Shown in pieces: positions 28,556 to 34,862 of a stretch of 34,862 nt of DNA. The notes below the pieces were generated by a model. It saw nothing but the letters and a program-made list of their open reading frames with translations. It had not been told where the DNA came from and searched no databases. The first letter of the stretch is position 1. The number at the start of each line of letters is the position of its first letter. The stretch comes from Pseudomonadota bacterium. Its GTDB lineage: Bacteria > Bdellovibrionota > FAC87 > UBA2466. The position numbers were made by a program, and so were the translations under genes. Location of the stretch: assembly GCA_043718025.1 (NCBI GenBank), contig JAYSWN010000075.1:1-34862 (forward strand), written 5' to 3'.

Positions 28556-28725
28556 GGAGCGCACCCTAGCAAAAGAGAAAAATGGAGTGTGTCGTAAACC
28601 ACTCAACTGAGGCTCAAACTGGAAACCAATTGGTTAACGATCTTAAGGTTATCAGGGGCTGACACCCATCTCCGGATTCGCATGGGGCTAGACGCGGTTC
28701 ATGAAATCCGCAATGAGGGAGAAGA

Positions 28726-29277
28726 GTGACAACGTCGAGTGCGTGGCAAGTTTTAATGCTTTTTCTGATTCCGATCGGCGGGGGCATTCCGGCCGGGGTG
28801 TTGCGCGCGCGCAGCCTTACTATCGACTGGCCCGGAATGTTGGTTTTGTATTTCATATCCGACGTGATTTTGGCCTGCGCCTTTGAGCCGATGATGAAGC
28901 TGATCCTCTTTTTGGGAAAAGACTCGCCCTTTTTCGCCCGCTTTCGGGAGGCAATGAATAGGTCGATAAAAATGACCACCCCCCATTACGGCAGCGCGAT
29001 GGGGCCGCTTGCGCTTATTCTGGTGGCCTTCGGGGTTGACCCCATGACCGGTCGAGCGGTGTCTAAGGCGGCCGGCCACGGTTTTATCACCGGTTGGGCG
29101 CTGGCGATTGCGGGCGACATGCTCTACTTCACCGTATTGATGATATCCACCCTCTGGCTCAATAACATTCTCGGCGATGGAACCTGGACCACGATCATCA
29201 TCATTGGACTGATGATTGTCGTTCCCCCGCTTATCAGGCGCCTGCGTGGGCGCAAGCCGCCATCCGCTGGGCCATAA
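28726..29277 (+). CDS. Integral membrane protein (weak resemblance to small multi-drug export/COG2426-like proteins)
   Basis: Several TM segments; LFLIPIGGGIPAGV; FGVDPMTG; GAGGGAG RBS. Confidence 0.7.
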   Translation: MTTSSAWQVLMLFLIPIGGGIPAGVLRARSLTIDWPGMLVLYFISDVILACAFEPMMKLILFLGKDSPFFARFREAMNRSIKMTTPHYGSAMGPLALILVAFGVDPMTGRAVSKAAGHGFITGWALAIAGDMLYFTVLMISTLWLNNILGDGTWTTIIIIGLMIVVPPLIRRLRGRKPPSAGP

Positions 29278-29341
29278 TAGCCTTCATCTTATTGTCAGAA
29301 TGTAGTACATCGGTTTTGTTTCTAAACCGGAGGTAGTTGCG

Positions 29342-29605
29342 GTGAATAGAAAACTATTTTGTTCCCTGGCGCTGATTTCTCTATTGGCGGGTTGTGGCGG
29401 CAATTGTGGCAACCAGTTTATCTCTGATTATAATTCAGCTTTTGCCTATCCCGGCACACGCGCCAGACAGTGCGAGCTGGTCCGTCAATTTAAAGCCAAA
29501 TGGGCAGGTACGGTCTGTTCTGCTCAAATCGGCGATATTCAAAAGAGCAAAACTACGATCAATGCCAATAACGTCGCAGACAACGTTTTGGCCGGATGTA
29601 ATTAG
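29342..29605 (+). CDS. Small Cys-containing lipoprotein
   Basis: GGAGG RBS; lipobox LAG-C; four further Cys. Confidence 0.78.
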   Translation: MNRKLFCSLALISLLAGCGGNCGNQFISDYNSAFAYPGTRARQCELVRQFKAKWAGTVCSAQIGDIQKSKTTINANNVADNVLAGCN

Positions 29606-29833
29606 AGAATAGCCGGCTATAGAAAGCGCTAATTTCTTTTCTCTATAACGTTTGCAAAAAGGCGATGAGGTCGTGTTTTTGATCCTGCGTATAGCGCTCT
29701 TTGCCGTCGTCTAAAAAAATACCTTCGTCGTGTCCGCTGGGCCTTAGACCGGCCTGCAGTCCGTCAAAAGCCGTCTCCTCATTTCCATCGTGGGCGCAAT
29801 TACGACGCGCTTTTCGCCGTGTTACAATTTGGC

Positions 29834-31207
29834 ATGGTGTCTAAACTCGCCCCTCATTGGCCGATTTACATAGCGTGCTTGCTGAGTTCTCCCCTGGTCT
29901 TTGCCGCTAATCGGTGTGACCAAACTCTGACGGAAATAGCCGCCCATCAGGTGCTGCGTACTGATCGAGATGCCGCGGCGATCATTCAAAAATACAAGCG
30001 GACGGAAGGGCTTGCGCCCGCACTTTCCGATTTTAGCGAGGGTGTCATTAGCGCCGACGGCAGCACGGCCGTGATTATTTCTCAAATGGGCTTTCGAATT
30101 TGGGACGTAAAGGCAAAACACTGGGTGGGCGAGCTGATTAGGACTGACGTTTCTTCTGAATTGGCTTTGGCCAACGATGGCTCACAAGTGGTCGGAATGA
30201 TCCGCAAAAAAGGGGTGACGGTATGGGATACGCGCAGCGGCAGAGTGATCTCCCAGCACGCGGTAGCCGAAATCGGTGACCCGCACAAATTCTCTCCCGA
30301 TGGAAAAACCCTACTCCTGGTAAAAGCGCGAGAAGACAAATCGCCGAAACCAGGAGACCAAGAGGGCCCTCCGCTTACCAGCGATGAAATTGTGGCGGCC
30401 TATTATAAGAAGATCTCATACGAGGAGTCTGAACTGAATTTGATTGATTCTGGAACTGGAAAAATTATCCGACGATTGCGCGACCATAAAAGCAAATTTC
30501 GCAACGCTCATTTTTCTCATGACGGAAAATGGATTGCTACAACCAGTGACGATGGGTTGATTCGCTGTGAAAACACTACCACCGGCGAAGTAAAAGTGGC
30601 CTACGGAACCGGAGAAAAAACCGACACGGTTGAGTTTTCTCCAGAAGGAAATTCTCTGTTTGTGGTTCCCCGCACGGGCAACGCCTTGGTGCTTCCGATC
30701 GACGGCAGTAACAAACCCACGCCAGTCCCTGCCATTTGGGGCGAGGTTTACGATGGAGCTTTTTCGCCGGGTTCAAAAAATTTATTAGCGCTGCTGACTG
30801 ACAGTGGGTTCCACCTAGTCGATGGGAAATCTTTTAAAGAAAAAATCTCGATTCGGGGTCTTGAAGAGGGATTAAGTAGGCTTCAGTTTTCTTCGGACGG
30901 TAATTACTTCTTACTTTCTCTAGACGATGGAAAGCGTTTTGTCGTATGCGATGTGGCAACGGCGCGCCCGTTGTACGAACTTAAAGGGGCATCGGCTGAC
31001 GAGGGTTTTAAAGTTTCGCACGCTGAAAAAGACGGGGTCATTGGCGTTTCGTTTTCCAATGACGCATTAAAAATTTGGGAAACTCAAAAAATTACTGCCA
31101 CCACTTCACCCGACGCAAAGTCTTTTGCCACGGCTGACGGGGCGTACCGCTTCTACCGCGAAAGCCAACCCGATGGCTCGGTTACCATTAAAGTAAAACT
31201 AAGATGA
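29834..31207 (+). CDS. Exported WD40/beta-propeller protein
   Basis: Repeats RIWD, TVWD, FSPDGK, FSHDGKWIATTSDDG, FSPEGN, FSSDGN, LKIWE; signal peptide then NRCDQTL. Confidence 0.88.
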   Translation: MVSKLAPHWPIYIACLLSSPLVFAANRCDQTLTEIAAHQVLRTDRDAAAIIQKYKRTEGLAPALSDFSEGVISADGSTAVIISQMGFRIWDVKAKHWVGELIRTDVSSELALANDGSQVVGMIRKKGVTVWDTRSGRVISQHAVAEIGDPHKFSPDGKTLLLVKAREDKSPKPGDQEGPPLTSDEIVAAYYKKISYEESELNLIDSGTGKIIRRLRDHKSKFRNAHFSHDGKWIATTSDDGLIRCENTTTGEVKVAYGTGEKTDTVEFSPEGNSLFVVPRTGNALVLPIDGSNKPTPVPAIWGEVYDGAFSPGSKNLLALLTDSGFHLVDGKSFKEKISIRGLEEGLSRLQFSSDGNYFLLSLDDGKRFVVCDVATARPLYELKGASADEGFKVSHAEKDGVIGVSFSNDALKIWETQKITATTSPDAKSFATADGAYRFYRESQPDGSVTIKVKLR

Positions 31208-31637
31208 AGATGCCCTGACCGCAGTCTCACTTCGGGGTCATGCCGTTCTCTGGTCTCACCCACGGCCCACGCAATCACATCGGCCAACTTTGCCGGGCGC
31301 CTTAACTTGGAAGAGAGCAGGTCTTTGAGCACGGTGAGGTATGAGGAGCGTGGCGGATTCCTTGGCGTTTCACTTAATGGTGGGGTTTAGCTTTTCACCT
31401 TGGCGCTTGGGCTGAGTTCCGTATCGTGGAGGGGCTACTTACTTTGCCACGTCCCCCTTCCACTAATCATCATAAAGAGTCCCTAAAGAATCCAACCGCA
31501 GTGGCTTTGTGCCAAAAAATGGCCTCTTCACCATGTAGACTGGCGGTGAACACTTCGCCAACCGAGCTTGAAATGTCCAATCTATTTGGCGGGCAATTTG
31601 CACACCCAAGGCGCGGGATTGAACTCAAGTTACGGTG

Positions 31638-33056
31638 ATGCGGGTTATGATTCGAATTGGGCATATCATTTTTATTATTGCATTGGTTGCGGGTACGGCT
31701 AACGCGGAGATTTTTCGCCGGCGGCAGCGTTGTTGTAGCGCCGTGGTCTCTCACGGACAAGCTTTCAAGGGACAGGTCACTCAGGCTGTTCCGGCGGCCC
31801 CGGTTACGCCGGCGCGTCCTGTTGTCAAAAACGAATTCGAGATCCAAACCAGAATAGAGAACGACGGAATTACCCGCGCCTTCGTAAGAATTGACGATCA
31901 ATGGGTGGCTTACGCAGAAATATTGAAGGACGACGACGGAGAGCTGTTTTGGCAAAAGTACAGCAAGCCTGAGGATAAGTGGGTGCCGCTCACCGAGTTG
32001 CAAAAAAAGATGGCCCGCGCCAAGCATCGCGCCGAGAAATTGGAGCGCCAACTCGAGACTAAGCGAAACGACCCCAACGCGTCCTTCCAGATTGCCAAAC
32101 AGAGTGCAGCCTTTCAGCGCTTTAAGGCGGCTTACGGCCCGAACTTGCCGATTGGATTACCGTCGCGTGAAGAGATTATAAAGAAAGCGGGATTCACCCT
32201 TAGCCCACGTGGGGCGCACACGGTGGTTTCACCAGTTGATTCGCTTAGACCGGGCGTGGTGATTACGGCGGATGAGGCTCACTACGAAGAGGTAGATGCT
32301 ACCGTTGCTAAATTGCGGGGCGCTACGACGGCGACCCTGCTTTCGAGAAATATGTTTCGCAGAAAAAAGAGTGACGTGGAGAACATGCGAGCCAACTCGT
32401 TTATCGTAGTAAAACCCGGTGATGCCTTTGAACAGGGGCTGGCTCACGCCACCAGCGCTTTAAAAACTGTACCCGATCACGTGGCGGCCCACGCGGTGGC
32501 TAGGGCCGAACAGATGACGGGCAGGGGTCCCTTTAGCTCGGCTACTCATAGAGTCGAACGTGCCGCTCAAGGCGGCTTAGGAAGGCGAGAATTTAATAGT
32601 GGGATGAATGCGGGTTTTGGCGAAGCCATTGCCTCGGCCAACGAGGCGGTAAGAGACACCGTTGAGCTGATTGCCCAAAAAGCAAAAAGCACGGCGCTTG
32701 CCGGGGCGGCGCGCATGGAAGCTCGCGCCATCGAGGTGGAAAAGCCTACGGATCTGCTAGGTTTCGAAGTAGATTTTTTGAATCAAAAACCGATGGGCGT
32801 CGAGTACACGCTTACGACCGAAAACGGAAAACACTACTTCATTCGTCACTTAGGAAAAAACTACGCTGATCCGAATGGCCCTTTTGTACCCGCCACGATC
32901 TACGGGCGGTTTAATGTTTCGATGCTCGAGGCTTACGAAAAGTACGGAAAAATCACCGAATCTGAACTTCGGCGCGTCGCTGAAATGTATCAATTTAAGA
33001 TCAAGGAATCGGGTGAATTAACCTTTTTTGGTTCTACCGAAGAGAAGTCCCCATGA
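31638..33056 (+). CDS. Secreted hypothetical protein with coiled coil
   Basis: Signal peptide ending TANA then EIFRRRQRCC; LQKKMARAKHRAEKLERQLE coiled coil. Exact start uncertain (31635-31647). Confidence 0.72.
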   Translation: MRVMIRIGHIIFIIALVAGTANAEIFRRRQRCCSAVVSHGQAFKGQVTQAVPAAPVTPARPVVKNEFEIQTRIENDGITRAFVRIDDQWVAYAEILKDDDGELFWQKYSKPEDKWVPLTELQKKMARAKHRAEKLERQLETKRNDPNASFQIAKQSAAFQRFKAAYGPNLPIGLPSREEIIKKAGFTLSPRGAHTVVSPVDSLRPGVVITADEAHYEEVDATVAKLRGATTATLLSRNMFRRKKSDVENMRANSFIVVKPGDAFEQGLAHATSALKTVPDHVAAHAVARAEQMTGRGPFSSATHRVERAAQGGLGRREFNSGMNAGFGEAIASANEAVRDTVELIAQKAKSTALAGAARMEARAIEVEKPTDLLGFEVDFLNQKPMGVEYTLTTENGKHYFIRHLGKNYADPNGPFVPATIYGRFNVSMLEAYEKYGKITESELRRVAEMYQFKIKESGELTFFGSTEEKSP

Positions 33057-33511
33057 TGTTGGTAAAACTTTTAGCAAAAAAATCTCAGGTTCACGGCTGC
33101 GGCTGTTTTACCCCTAAGCCAATTGCGCGGGGAACGGTAATCGCCTTTTGGGGTGACGATCGCGAAGTGCGTCTGCTCGATGCCACTCGCCACCGAAAAA
33201 AATTTGGCAAACGGTTTAAAGTCACTCTGCAAACCGGCGTGCGTTTGATGGGTGATTGGTTTGTAGAATCAATCCGCATCAAAGATAAAGATCCCACTGA
33301 TTACATCAATCATTCGTTTCGCCCCAACGTTGGCTATACGGGCGGCCTGCTGTTCGCGCTAAAGGACATTGCCGCCGGCGATGAAATGTTTATGGACTAC
33401 CGATTGCTCAACGCTGGCTTTGAGACGAACGTGGTACGGGGTTACGGAGCGGTACGCCAACTACGCGCTTCTGCCACCCAGGTAAAAAAGGCTTTTGCCC
33501 GCCCACGGTAA
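33053..33511 (+). CDS. SET domain protein (putative lysine methyltransferase)
   Basis: SQVHGCGCF, YINHSFRPN, FALKDIAAGDEMFMDY; ATGA overlap with the upstream gene. Confidence 0.9.
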   Translation: MMLVKLLAKKSQVHGCGCFTPKPIARGTVIAFWGDDREVRLLDATRHRKKFGKRFKVTLQTGVRLMGDWFVESIRIKDKDPTDYINHSFRPNVGYTGGLLFALKDIAAGDEMFMDYRLLNAGFETNVVRGYGAVRQLRASATQVKKAFARPR

Positions 33512-33549
33512 AAATTAGAAAGTGCCGGCGTTCATACCGAAGGCTGTTC

Positions 33550-34059
33550 TCAGTAAGAGCAGACCCAGGCCGCCAGCTTACAGCCCTCATCGCCACTGCG
33601 TTTACACGATTGCATGGCGTAAGAAATGGCTTGGTATTTGGTGGTGTAGTATCCCCAGCCCAAATTTTTTCCACCCTCAGAACGGGCTACGGCAGCACAG
33701 CCGCCTTGCACCCAGACCACCGGGGCGCAATCTTCTTGTCCGCAGTACGCGTTGGCACTGCTGATGGCGTTGGCCCGGGTGTTACTCACCCAACTGACGC
33801 CGAAATTTCCTTTTGATTTGGAGATCGAGATGGCTCCAAAGGACGCGTAGTACGGAGCATAATTAAAGGCGCTCCAGTATGAATATCCATAAATCGGATA
33901 GTAGGGGGCGCCGTACCAAGGGTAGTAGCCCCAGCCTCCGTAATAGCCGCCAATCCAGGCATTGTTCACGTAAGGATAAAAAATGGGATACGCCTCAGCC
34001 TTACCGGAGCCCAATCCCAAGGTTAAAAAGAGTGAAAATAGTATCAGTGCTTTTTTCAT
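33550..34059 (-). CDS. Secreted DUF4189-domain protein with Tyr/Gly-rich N-terminal region
   Basis: ATG at 34059 after GGGGG; FGAISIS..GVSW..A...A..YCGQEDC..WVQGGCAAVA..AMQSC..CKLAAWVCS. Confidence 0.85.
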   Translation of the reverse strand: MKKALILFSLFLTLGLGSGKAEAYPIFYPYVNNAWIGGYYGGWGYYPWYGAPYYPIYGYSYWSAFNYAPYYASFGAISISKSKGNFGVSWVSNTRANAISSANAYCGQEDCAPVVWVQGGCAAVARSEGGKNLGWGYYTTKYQAISYAMQSCKRSGDEGCKLAAWVCSY

Positions 34060-34179
34060 AGAGTCCCCCAAAAACATCCCATGAACCCTGACTAGCATGG
34101 TTGGTGTTAAGAGGAATCTCTCGCCGCGTTACTGCGCGGCGGTTCACAACTTATTGCGGTGGTGGGAATTGGCCAGGAT

Positions 34180-34862
34180 CTACGGTTCTTCAACTTCCGT
34201 GAAGTCTTTGTCCCATCGATAACAAATAAAGTCCGCTCGGCAATGATAGAGAGAGTAAGTTCTTACCCGGGACACCGCTACCGGAACCGGGGCATCATAA
34301 GCCGTACCGCGAGCCGTAACCTCTCTCCGGTAGGTTATGGTCCAATCGTTGTAAGATTGGTTGTGAGTGGTCGACCAGCACTGATTCCTCTTCCAACTGG
34401 GGTCTTTAAATTCATAGTACGGCCACCCCTTGCATCCAGAAACGGCCTGGTTGTGGGTGGCTTGAATCGATTTCTCGTAGGCATCAAAGTTGTAAGCGTA
34501 AGCCTCAGTGGGCTCGGTGGCGGCCTTAGCCAGCTTCGGAGAGTATTTTCCCGCCTTCTCAATGCACGTAATCAGCGTCCTAATTGATTCGTCCTTGGCA
34601 AGAGGTTGGCAAACTGAAAGGGCCTTCGCAGGAAACGCCCGATCTCGAGCCGCAACCAAAAGTCGGTTGCGAAAGGAGGCATCGACCAGTTTGTCGGCCA
34701 TTTCAATAATCGGTTTGGGGTAGGGGCGGGTGGCCTCCCGAACAATTTCTAAACACTTCAAACGATCATGTTCATCGTCCATCTTCGCACAGACGTCATA
34801 CCCCTGCTGCGGCAGCGCCCATACGCTGATACTAAGCGAGGAGAGAAAAACGACGGCCGCAA
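34180..34862 (-). CDS. Secreted Cys-rich hypothetical protein (5' end beyond the window)
   Basis: The frame stays open upstream of the ATG at 34782 to the window edge and reads ..AAVVFLSSLSISVWA-LPQQGYDVCAKMDDEHDRLKCL (signal peptide). Confidence 0.7.
   Translation of the reverse strand, partial: AAVVFLSSLSISVWALPQQGYDVCAKMDDEHDRLKCLEIVREATRPYPKPIIEMADKLVDASFRNRLLVAARDRAFPAKALSVCQPLAKDESIRTLITCIEKAGKYSPKLAKAATEPTEAYAYNFDAYEKSIQATHNQAVSGCKGWPYYEFKDPSWKRNQCWSTTHNQSYNDWTITYRREVTARGTAYDAPVPVAVSRVRTYSLYHCRADFICYRWDKDFTEVEEP

Noticed and set aside
29609..29620. 12-bp palindrome ATAGCCGGCTAT after the small lipoprotein gene
   Set aside because: Short, single and without supporting context; compatible with chance.
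31208..31634. Roughly 430-nt gap with short open frames, and the 193-aa minus ORF at 31470-32051
   Set aside because: No recognisable protein motif, RNA structure or RBS. The 193-aa ORF is mostly antisense to the 31638 gene.

Overview
Gene-dense bacterial chromosomal region with about 33 CDS on frequently alternating strands. I saw no rRNA, tRNA, CRISPR array or intact transposase. Recognisable genes are scattered: TrmH and class I methyltransferases, a degenerate RluA-type pseudouridine synthase, LysR with a divergent DUF2608 HAD gene, HdeD, an MMPL transporter, a vWA lipoprotein, an SH3 plus beta-barrel OMP, WD40, SET and DUF4189. About 24 of the 33 proteins carry an N-terminal signal peptide or anchor by eye, a style suggesting a predatory Bdellovibrionota/Oligoflexia-like organism (inference). 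The strongest signal is that seven unrelated exported proteins share a short C-x-x-x-[L/I] segment just after the signal peptide (one also has it at the C-terminus). Their cargo domains are normally cytoplasmic: kinase-like, SAM-MTase-like, 2OG-Fe(II)-like, GNAT plus J-domains, WD40 and HEAT-like. This suggests a candidate tag-based effector export system. Other highlights are a MITE-like element of REP-type palindromic ends enclosing an internally deleted GIY-YIG nuclease gene (20271-20457), a perfect 19-bp palindrome, several enzymes with altered active sites, and many apparently leaderless genes.
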